64,000 bases of DNA. It comes from Gammaproteobacteria bacterium (GTDB lineage: Bacteria > Pseudomonadota > Gammaproteobacteria > Ga0077536). The notes below the pieces were generated by a model. It saw only the letters and a program-made list of their open reading frames with translations, was not told the DNA's origin and made no database searches. Below, piece by piece: positions 20,027-27,880 of the stretch (the stretch's first letter is position 1; each line of letters begins with the position of its first letter). The translations under genes were made by a program, and so were the position numbers. The DNA lies in assembly GCA_009692365.1 (NCBI GenBank), contig SHZJ01000007.1:30867-94866 (forward strand). The letters are read 5' to 3'.

Positions 20027-20043
20027 TTGGCATCGTGCGTGCA
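20027..20043 (+). promoter_or_regulatory. Sigma54 promoter for flgJKL
   Basis: TTGGCATCGTGCGTGCA (GG-N10-GC) in the 210-bp flgI-flgJ gap. Confidence 0.65.
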
Positions 20044-20076
20044 TTGTCATTTGCAAAGCACAGCAACGGAGCCGCG

Positions 20077-21024
20077 ATGAACTCTGCCCCCAGCAACATT
20101 AGCCAGACCGACACCACGCGTTTCGCGGGTCTGCGCGTTCAGGCCAAGCACGATCCCGATGCCGCCTTGAAAAAAGTGGCGCGGGAGTTCGAGGGCATGT
20201 TGGTGCAAATGATGCTCAAGGCGGCGCGTCAGGCGAACCCTGAAGGCGGCTTGCTGGACAGCAACGAAACCCAAATGTACCAAGGGATGTTTGATGAGCA
20301 GGTGGCGCTGAGCATGGGACAGCAGGGCAATTTGGGGATCGAAGCCATGTTGCGCCAGCAGTTCTCCAAAAACCTGCCGCACGCGGCGGACGCCGCGGGC
20401 GAGCACTTGCAACTACCCCCGCGCCAAGATTTTCCCAGCCCGAACATGCCGCAGGGAGCGGGCGTCGAGTTAGCCCACGATGAACCGGCATTGAACCCGT
20501 GGCAGGACCGCTATCCGGCTGCTACCCCGCCGGTGGACGCCGCGGCATTGGATGCCCGCCGCCTGCTGTTCACCGACAGCCTGCGCGCGCCAGCCGCGCG
20601 CGCTGCGGCAAAACTGGGCACCAGCCCCGAGATTCTCATTGCGCAGGCGGCGCTGGAAACCGGTTGGGGCGAACACGTGATGCGGGCGGCGGACGGCCAG
20701 TCTTCCAACAATCTATTCTCGATCAAGGCGGACCGCAGTTGGGGCGGCGACACCATTTCTCAGCGCACGCTGGAATATCTCGACGGAAACCCGGTGACGG
20801 TCAACGCCGGGTTCCGGGCCTACGAGGGCGTAGGGCAGGCGTTCGACGATTACGTGAACTTCATTTCTGAGAATCCGCGCTATCAACAAGCCTTGTCCCG
20901 CGCCGCGGATCCGCGGGCCTATGTGCAGGCTTTGCAGCGCGCAGGCTATGCCACGGACCCCGATTACGCGCGCAAGATTCTGCAAATCCATGCTCAGGTG
21001 GCTGTGTCCACCGGGCGTGGCTAA
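20077..21024 (+). CDS. flgJ: FlgJ rod cap/peptidoglycan hydrolase
   Basis: VAREFEGMLVQMMLK rod-binding domain; AQAALETGWG, NNLFSIKA, GYATDPDYA (GH73). Confidence 0.94.
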   Translation: MNSAPSNISQTDTTRFAGLRVQAKHDPDAALKKVAREFEGMLVQMMLKAARQANPEGGLLDSNETQMYQGMFDEQVALSMGQQGNLGIEAMLRQQFSKNLPHAADAAGEHLQLPPRQDFPSPNMPQGAGVELAHDEPALNPWQDRYPAATPPVDAAALDARRLLFTDSLRAPAARAAAKLGTSPEILIAQAALETGWGEHVMRAADGQSSNNLFSIKADRSWGGDTISQRTLEYLDGNPVTVNAGFRAYEGVGQAFDDYVNFISENPRYQQALSRAADPRAYVQALQRAGYATDPDYARKILQIHAQVAVSTGRG

Positions 21025-21037
21025 GGAGTAGACGACC

Positions 21038-22915
21038 ATGTCTGAAATGTTTTCAATTGGGATGTCGGCGCTGGTGTCTAATCAGCGCTTGCTGGCGACG
21101 GCCGGCCACAACATTGCCAACGCCAACACCGAGGGCTACAGCCGCCAAACGGTATCCCTGGCCCAGCGCGACCCTCAATACGCGGGCGTTGGCTTTGTCG
21201 GCAAAGGGGTGGAAGTCTCTGCGATTACCCGCACTGCCAGCGAGTTCCTGATCAACAATGTGCGTTACAGCGCGTCCAGCCAGTCGCGCGCTGCAAGCTA
21301 TGCGGATTTCGCCGGACAAGTAGACAACCTGCTCAGCGATGGCACGTTCTCGCCCGCCATGCAGAAATTTTTCGGTTCCTTGCAAGATGTTAACAACGAC
21401 CCGGCTTCTATCCCCGCGCGTGCGGTGTTGCTAAATTCGGCCAACACCCTCACCGATCGCTTCCAAGATTTGCATACCCGCTTGTCGACGCTCTCCAGCA
21501 ACGTCAACGAGCGGTTGAGCGCGGACGTGGACCGGCTCAATTCCTTGGCCAGTGCGCTGTCTGGCCTGAACCAGGACATCGTGGGGGCGTTTGGTGCCTC
21601 GCAGGGCCAGCCGCCCAATGATTTGCTGGACCAACGCGACCAATTGCTGCGGCAAATGTCGGAATTGGTCAACCTGAATGCCACGTCGGAGCAAGATGGC
21701 TCGGTGAATGTTTATATCGGTCACGGGCAATTACTGGTCGCCGGGGCCCGGACGGTGAAGCTTGCGGTGACGCCGAATGCGCTGGATGGGTCGCGCAAAG
21801 AAGTCTCGATCGTAAACAGCGGCGGCAGCTCGCAAATTAGCGCGGCCCTCAGCGGCGGCACATTGGCGGGCACGCTGCAATTTAGGGAGCAGGTGCTAGA
21901 GCCTGCGCGCAATGCCATTGGGCGTCTGGCGGTGGTGCTGGCCGAAACTTTTAACGCCCAGCATCAAGCGGGCGTGGACCTTACCGGCACGCGCGGTGCG
22001 AAGGTCTTTACGTACAGCCCACCGGTGGTAACCGGCGCTGCCACTAACGGCGGCACCCTGACGGTGACTATCGATCCGACCAATCTGGCCAACCTGAGTA
22101 CCTCAGATTACACCCTGACTTTTGACGGCACTGACTACACGTTGGAGCGGCTCGATAACGCGACCACCCAGACGCTCACGGGCCCAGGGCCATTTTCGGT
22201 CGAGGGACTGGTGATTACTCCCAGCGCTACGATGGCCGCGGGTGATATTTTCCAAATCCAACCCACCAAGTACGCCGCGCGCTATCTCGATGTCGCGGTC
22301 AGCGACGCGCAACGCTGGGCGGTTGCCAGCCCGGTTAAATCTACTACCACGTTGGCTAATTTAGGGAGCGCCAAAGTGTCCGCGCCCATGGTGCTGGATG
22401 CGAATAACGCCGCGCTCCAGACGCCCGTGCAGTTAGTGTTTAACAGCGCCTCTACTTATCAGGTGAATGGGGTTGGACCTTCGCTGGCCTACACCAGCGG
22501 CGCCAATATCGATATCAACGGCTGGCGGGTGCAAATTACCGATAGCCCACGCACTGGCGATACCTTCCAAGTGGCCGCTAATCCCAACGGTCAGGGTGAC
22601 AATACCAACGGGCTGCGCCTGCTTGATCTACGCATGACGGGCTTCATGGACGGCGGCAGCGCAACCTATCAGGACGCTTTTGGCCGGATTTTGGGACAAA
22701 CCGGCAGCCTGACGCAGCAGGCCCAGATCAGCCGGGATTCGCTCAAAGTGCAATTAGATAGCTCGGAGGCTGCACGCGAGCAAGTAGCCGGGGTTAACTT
22801 AGACCAAGAAGCGGCCGATTTAATACGTTACCAGCAGTCTTATCAGGCGGCCGCGCAGGTCATTGCGGCAGCCGACGCGGCGTTTCAGGCGCTCATTGCA
22901 GCGATGCGGGGATAA
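21038..22915 (+). CDS. flgK: Hook-filament junction FlgK
   Basis: HNIANANTEGYSRQ, PNDLLDQRD, GVNLDQEAADLIRYQQSYQA. Confidence 0.96.
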   Translation: MSEMFSIGMSALVSNQRLLATAGHNIANANTEGYSRQTVSLAQRDPQYAGVGFVGKGVEVSAITRTASEFLINNVRYSASSQSRAASYADFAGQVDNLLSDGTFSPAMQKFFGSLQDVNNDPASIPARAVLLNSANTLTDRFQDLHTRLSTLSSNVNERLSADVDRLNSLASALSGLNQDIVGAFGASQGQPPNDLLDQRDQLLRQMSELVNLNATSEQDGSVNVYIGHGQLLVAGARTVKLAVTPNALDGSRKEVSIVNSGGSSQISAALSGGTLAGTLQFREQVLEPARNAIGRLAVVLAETFNAQHQAGVDLTGTRGAKVFTYSPPVVTGAATNGGTLTVTIDPTNLANLSTSDYTLTFDGTDYTLERLDNATTQTLTGPGPFSVEGLVITPSATMAAGDIFQIQPTKYAARYLDVAVSDAQRWAVASPVKSTTTLANLGSAKVSAPMVLDANNAALQTPVQLVFNSASTYQVNGVGPSLAYTSGANIDINGWRVQITDSPRTGDTFQVAANPNGQGDNTNGLRLLDLRMTGFMDGGSATYQDAFGRILGQTGSLTQQAQISRDSLKVQLDSSEAAREQVAGVNLDQEAADLIRYQQSYQAAAQVIAAADAAFQALIAAMRG

Positions 22916-22918
22916 ACC

Positions 22919-24118
22919 ATGCGATTTTCAACAAATTCGGACTTTCAGCAGAGCCTGTCGGGCCTCACGACGCTGCGCGCCAACCTCAGCCTGTGGCAGC
23001 AACAGGTATCCACCGGCAAGCGGCTGCTCACCGCCGCGGAGGACCCGGCCGCCTCCGCGCAGGTGCTCAATTTGGGCGAGCGGATGTCCACGCTGGAGCA
23101 GTTTACCCGCAATGCCAATCTGGTGGGCTTGCGGCTGACCGATCAAGAGACCGCCCTGTCTGCCGCGCTCACTACCCTGCAACGGGTGCGTGAGTTAGTG
23201 GTGCAGGCGAAGGGGGCCTTGACCTCGGCGGATCGACGTTACATCAACGCGGAAATTCGTCAGCGCCGGGACGAGTTGACCAGCCTTGCCAATACGCGTA
23301 ACGCCAGTGGCGAATATTTGTTCGCGGGCGGAGCGGTAAAAACAGCGCCGTTTTCCAGCAACGATGGGGTGGTCAGTTATAGCGGCGACCAAACCCGCCG
23401 TGCGCTGCCCATCGCCGAAGGCCGCACGCTGGCCGAGGGCTTTACGGGCGCCGAGGCTTTTATGGCGATACGCAGCGGTAACGGCACTTTTGTAACTGCG
23501 CTAGGCGTGACGAATACGGGCACCGGCCGGGTCGTCGATGATGCGGTCACCGATCCAACGGCCTATCTAGGCGATGGCTTCCGGATAGTCTTTACCGCGT
23601 CCAATACCTTTGATGTGGTCAACGACACCACGGGCGCAACGCTGCTCTCCGCACAGGGTTTCGTGGCGGGTCAGGCCATCAGCTTCAACGGTTCCACTCT
23701 GGCGATCACCGGGGAGCCGGTGACGGGTGATACTTTTTCAACGCATCCCAGCCCTAATCAGCCGGTGTTCGCCACGCTCAATGGTCTCATTGGGGCCTTG
23801 GACACGACGGCCACCACGGGGGCGCAAGCTGCTCAGCTCAGCTTCCTGATGGACCGCAGCCTGGTGAATATCGACCAAGCGCTCGACAAATTCACCGAAC
23901 TACGCACGAGTCTGGGCGCGCTCCAAAACACGCTGGAGTCGCAGCTGCAGGCGAACGACGACTTAAAGCAGCATTTGACTCTGGTAAAAGGCACGTTGGA
24001 AGACGCGGATCCGGTGGAAGCCATCAGTAATGTGACGCGCTACAGCCATGCGCTGGAGGCGGCACTGGCGGCGTTTGCCAAGGTGCAGAGCCTGAGTCTG
24101 TTTAACTATCTCAGATAG
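22919..24118 (+). CDS. flgL: Hook-filament junction FlgL
   Basis: QVSTGKR...EDP, GEYLFAG, C-terminal SLFNYL. Confidence 0.94.
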   Translation: MRFSTNSDFQQSLSGLTTLRANLSLWQQQVSTGKRLLTAAEDPAASAQVLNLGERMSTLEQFTRNANLVGLRLTDQETALSAALTTLQRVRELVVQAKGALTSADRRYINAEIRQRRDELTSLANTRNASGEYLFAGGAVKTAPFSSNDGVVSYSGDQTRRALPIAEGRTLAEGFTGAEAFMAIRSGNGTFVTALGVTNTGTGRVVDDAVTDPTAYLGDGFRIVFTASNTFDVVNDTTGATLLSAQGFVAGQAISFNGSTLAITGEPVTGDTFSTHPSPNQPVFATLNGLIGALDTTATTGAQAAQLSFLMDRSLVNIDQALDKFTELRTSLGALQNTLESQLQANDDLKQHLTLVKGTLEDADPVEAISNVTRYSHALEAALAAFAKVQSLSLFNYLR

Positions 24119-24195
24119 TGGCTGTGGGAGAGGTGGGGATTGCGTGATGCTCGCGGGGCGGGGGGCGCGTGCGTGGGCTAATGGTATGGCGACGC

Positions 24196-25554
24196 TCAGT
24201 TCCTCTGCTGGGTCCAGGCGGTCATTGCGTTTAGCTGTGCAATGAGCGCGCTGCCCGTGGTTTGCAGGCTGGCAATCACCGAATCTAGCTTATTGTATTG
24301 CTTTGTCAGCCGGTCTTGAGTAGCAGCCAGCCGCAGCTGAAGGCGTTTTTTCTGACCCTCCTGACTTTTAATCTGGCGCTGCAAGCCCTCGCCGCGCGCG
24401 TCGAGAACAGCACCGGTGCCTAGGAAGCCGTCGGCCAGCGCGCGCAGACGGTGGGCGACACCGTGAACGGGATCGGCAAAAAGCTTGGCGAACCCTTCGT
24501 AGTCGTTGTGCATGGCGCTGGTTAGCATGGCGGCGTTAACCGCTAGCGAGCCATTTTTTAGCGTGCTGATGCCCACCTCAAACGCATTGCTGAAACTGCC
24601 CTCCACCGTGGCTGGCTGGTTCAGCGTGGCGCGCATCTGCGACTCGATGTTGTTGAGGGCCGATGGGTCGTTCTTCAGCACATCGGTCCGCATTTTGTTC
24701 ATCAGCGCGATGACGTCAGAATAAGATTTAGCAAAACCCTGGACGGTGTTCTGCACGCTAGCCGTGTCGCGATCAATCTTCAGCGTTAGTGCGCCGACCT
24801 TGAGCAAGTTCATTGAGACCCCCTCCACCGAGTCGCTGATCGTGTTGGAGCTGCTGGTAATCGTGAAATTAGTCTCGAGTGTTACCACCGCGTTGAGATC
24901 CATCGAGGTAAAGCTGCCGCTCGAGTCGCGGTCGGAATTGAGCGTTGTCAAACCGAATGCATCGCTGCCCACGTAAGACACGCCTAGCGCGCCGTCGCTG
25001 CCCGTGGTGTTCGCCGCCAAGGACAGGTGATAACCGGTGTCGTCCTTGAATATCGAGGCCGTCGCACCGGTATTGTCGCGCGCCTGATTGATGGCGTCGC
25101 GGATGCCGGCCAGTGTTTTGGCGCCGGTATCGACGGTAAAACTGCTGCTTCCCGCGGTTAGCGTGAGGGTATCTCCGGCGGTCCCGATAGCGGTGGTATC
25201 AGTGTCTGCATAGGTAATGCTAGCGGCCATGCGGTGAGTTTCCGCGAGGCGCCGCACATCGATGTTGTAAGTCCCTCTGCTTGCGGCGCTGGTCGCCGAG
25301 GCGCTCAGCAGGGTGGGATCGGAAGGCGTGGCCGAATAAACTTTGAATTTCGACAGGTCGGCCAGTTTGTCTAACGCGTCGCGGAAGTTTGACACCGCAG
25401 CTTTGAGCATACCAAACGCGCTGAGCTGGGTCTTTTTTTCGACTATCTGAAGACTAAGTTTGTTGAGGGGTGCTGTCTCCAAGGACATTAGTTTTTCCAC
25501 AATGCCGCGGATATCAAGGCCCGACCCGATCCCAGGAGTACTTAACGTTGCCAT
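24196..25554 (-). CDS. fliD: Filament cap FliD
   Basis: GIGSGLD, LSAFG, C-terminal RLTKQYNKLD. Confidence 0.94.
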   Translation of the reverse strand: MATLSTPGIGSGLDIRGIVEKLMSLETAPLNKLSLQIVEKKTQLSAFGMLKAAVSNFRDALDKLADLSKFKVYSATPSDPTLLSASATSAASRGTYNIDVRRLAETHRMAASITYADTDTTAIGTAGDTLTLTAGSSSFTVDTGAKTLAGIRDAINQARDNTGATASIFKDDTGYHLSLAANTTGSDGALGVSYVGSDAFGLTTLNSDRDSSGSFTSMDLNAVVTLETNFTITSSSNTISDSVEGVSMNLLKVGALTLKIDRDTASVQNTVQGFAKSYSDVIALMNKMRTDVLKNDPSALNNIESQMRATLNQPATVEGSFSNAFEVGISTLKNGSLAVNAAMLTSAMHNDYEGFAKLFADPVHGVAHRLRALADGFLGTGAVLDARGEGLQRQIKSQEGQKKRLQLRLAATQDRLTKQYNKLDSVIASLQTTGSALIAQLNAMTAWTQQRN

Positions 25555-25632
25555 CGCACTTTCCTCATGCCACCACCCGCAGCCACTGCGAGTTGCCTCG
25601 CGTGTACATAGCAGCCCAAGCTTGGGCTGTGG

Positions 25633-26013
25633 TCAGATTGTTTCGTCGAGTAACACACCGTTTACACTACCCGCCTGATCCCGCAAGCGCTTAGCCAGCG
25701 CCAGCGCGACCGCGTCAGGAATCTGTCGTATCACTTCCTTAGTGTGCGGATCTATTATTCGCACCACGGTCCGTCCAGAATCTTTGTCGATGCTGAACTC
25801 TAAGTTGCGCTGGAGGTTCTGTACATAGCCGATGAGGCTCCCCAGTGCCTGGGTTAATTGCTCGGAGTCGACCCCGATCGCAGCACCTGCCACGGGTGGT
25901 GTGTCCGTGAGTGTAGAGACGTTTTCAGCAACGCCGGCGGGCTGCCTGCTCGCGGCGGTTGCTAGGCTATCTGTGCCAGCAAGTTTCGGTCCGATGGTTG
26001 CCGTGTTGTGCAT
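25633..26013 (-). CDS. flaG: FlaG-family protein
   Basis: LEFSIDKDSGRTVVRIID...EVIRQIP. Confidence 0.92.
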   Translation of the reverse strand: MHNTATIGPKLAGTDSLATAASRQPAGVAENVSTLTDTPPVAGAAIGVDSEQLTQALGSLIGYVQNLQRNLEFSIDKDSGRTVVRIIDPHTKEVIRQIPDAVALALAKRLRDQAGSVNGVLLDETI

Positions 26014-26036
26014 GGCGGTGATCCTTGTGCCAGTTA

Positions 26037-26068
26037 CCCGTTCCCAACTTTTATCCGTTGGGAACGGG
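26037..26068 (-). repeat. Perfect 12-bp inverted repeat between fliC and flaG
   Basis: CCCGTTCCCAAC-N8-GTTGGGAACGGG; no U-tract on the coding strand. Confidence 0.85.
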
Positions 26069-26094
26069 CTGCCTGAATGCCATCTTTAACGCGA

Positions 26095-27579
26095 TTACGA
26101 GCGCAAAAGCGTCAGTACCATGCTTGGCTGTTGGTTGGCCTGGGCTACCATGGCAATCGACGCCTGCGCTAGGACTTGGGCCTTGGTCATCGCGGCTGTT
26201 TCGGCCGCGAAGTCGGTATCCATGATCCGGCCGCGCGCGGTAATGATGTTCTCCTTCATAACCTCGAGGTTGTTACTAATCGCCTCAAAGCGGCCGGCCA
26301 GAGCGCCCAACTCAGCACGCTGAGCGTTGACCTCGTTCAGCGCGGCATCAAAGGTCAACATCGCCAGATTGGCCGAGGCCGCGCTGGTGACGACCTGCGA
26401 CGCGAGCGTGGAATTGACCAGCGTGGCAGCGGAAGTACTGGCCCCGGTCAAGGCTGCCCCGGTTGCGGTACTGTTGAAGGTAACCGTGAGGTCGCCCAAG
26501 TCGTCGTTCAGCACGATGGCACCGTTCGCGTGCGCCCCCACCGAACTGGTGGTGAAGAATGTGCCGATGCCGGCGTCGATGCTGGTGTTCGCAATCACAG
26601 AGATCGCGGCCCCGTCAGTGTTGGTCAACACGATAGAGGAGTTGGCGGGAGTGTTGAGATCGGCCACTATCGAGGCTGTGACCCCCGTCTGGGCGCTCAC
26701 GGCGTTTATCTGGATTATCAGGTTAGACGCCATAGTCCCGTTACTGGCGGCGGCCGCTACTGTGCCGATGGTTACCCCGTTGATGCTAAGCGCCCCGGAG
26801 GCAAGGCCATCAGTCACAGCGGCGGTTGCGCCGGCTGTGCCGTAGGCAGTGCCTACGCTGCCGTTACCGTAGCTAAAGGCAATCACGCCATTAGTGGCGC
26901 TTGCTGCGTTGAGCGCGTCAAGTTTCAGGTCAGAGTTGGAGTTAGCGACGACGTTGCCGACGCTTGTGGCGTCAACCGTGCTGCTACTCAAAGCGTGGCG
27001 ATAGGAGGTGCCGATGTTGTCCGCCAAGCCCTGGCTGCTCAGCGCCGAAATGGCTGCGTAGCTGGTTGCAATGCCCATTTGGTCAGTGGAGAGGTCGCTT
27101 ATCGCGATGTTAACGTCCTCGTTTACCATCGTGCCCACTTGGATGTTGCCGCGAAAACTACCGTCCAACAGCAGTTCGCCGTTATAACGGGCCTGATTCA
27201 CCGTGCGGGTCATTTCCGCCAGAATACTCTGCACTTCTTCATTGAGGGAGTCGCGGTCTTCCGCGGTGTTGTAGCTGGCCGCCTGCACCGCAAGATCCTT
27301 TGCGCGGATTATGTTCGCGGTCATTTCGTTCAACGCGCCTTCCGCAGTTTGCACGATGGACAGGCCATCCATGGTGTTGCGCTGGGCGACCGTCGTGCCC
27401 TGAATTTGGTTAGTCATGCGAACCGCGATGGAGAAGCCTGCAGCGTCGTCTTTGGCGCTGTTGATGCGAAGGCCGGACGACAAACGCTCCATCGACGTCG
27501 TTAGGGCGTTTTGAGTACGATTCAAGGAACGCTGCGCCATCATCGACGCCTGATTGGTCATGATTGAAGTAGTAGTCAC
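26095..27579 (-). CDS. fliC: Flagellin (494 aa, Ser/Thr/Ala-rich variable domain)
   Basis: ERLSSGLRINSAKDDAAG, QTAEGAL, RAELGA, RIMDTDFAAE, AQANQQP. GTG start with GGAG RBS. Confidence 0.97.
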   Translation of the reverse strand: MTTTSIMTNQASMMAQRSLNRTQNALTTSMERLSSGLRINSAKDDAAGFSIAVRMTNQIQGTTVAQRNTMDGLSIVQTAEGALNEMTANIIRAKDLAVQAASYNTAEDRDSLNEEVQSILAEMTRTVNQARYNGELLLDGSFRGNIQVGTMVNEDVNIAISDLSTDQMGIATSYAAISALSSQGLADNIGTSYRHALSSSTVDATSVGNVVANSNSDLKLDALNAASATNGVIAFSYGNGSVGTAYGTAGATAAVTDGLASGALSINGVTIGTVAAAASNGTMASNLIIQINAVSAQTGVTASIVADLNTPANSSIVLTNTDGAAISVIANTSIDAGIGTFFTTSSVGAHANGAIVLNDDLGDLTVTFNSTATGAALTGASTSAATLVNSTLASQVVTSAASANLAMLTFDAALNEVNAQRAELGALAGRFEAISNNLEVMKENIITARGRIMDTDFAAETAAMTKAQVLAQASIAMVAQANQQPSMVLTLLRS

Positions 27580-27676
27580 TGTAAATCTCCTGGCCGCTTC
27601 ATGTGGGAGTCATGTCACGAACCTGGTTGCTATGGCGGACATGCTTGAAAAAAGCATTCACCGCCTCCCGGGATGG

Positions 27677-27704
27677 CTATCGGAAACCCCCTCAAGTTTC
27701 TTTA
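27677..27704 (-). promoter_or_regulatory. Sigma28 promoter for fliC
   Basis: TAAA-N16-TCCGATAG, preceded by an A-rich UP-like tract. Confidence 0.7.
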
Positions 27705-27854
27705 AGGATTTTTTAAATTATTTTTTTGGCCGGGGTTTGCCAAACCGCGAGTCACAGGGCTGGGCGCAGGCGGGCGTGTAGCCCGTAGGGTGTCGACCCG
27801 CACGGGGGCTACTTTAGCCCCCGGCAGTCTGAGTGAGGCCGGGGCTTGCTGCCG

Positions 27855-27870
27855 TGGCGCGCTTATTGCA
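27855..27870 (+). promoter_or_regulatory. Sigma54 promoter for the GT41 pair
   Basis: TGGCGCGCTTATTGCA (GG-N10-GC). Confidence 0.65.
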
Positions 27871-27880
27871 GTTTCTGCGC

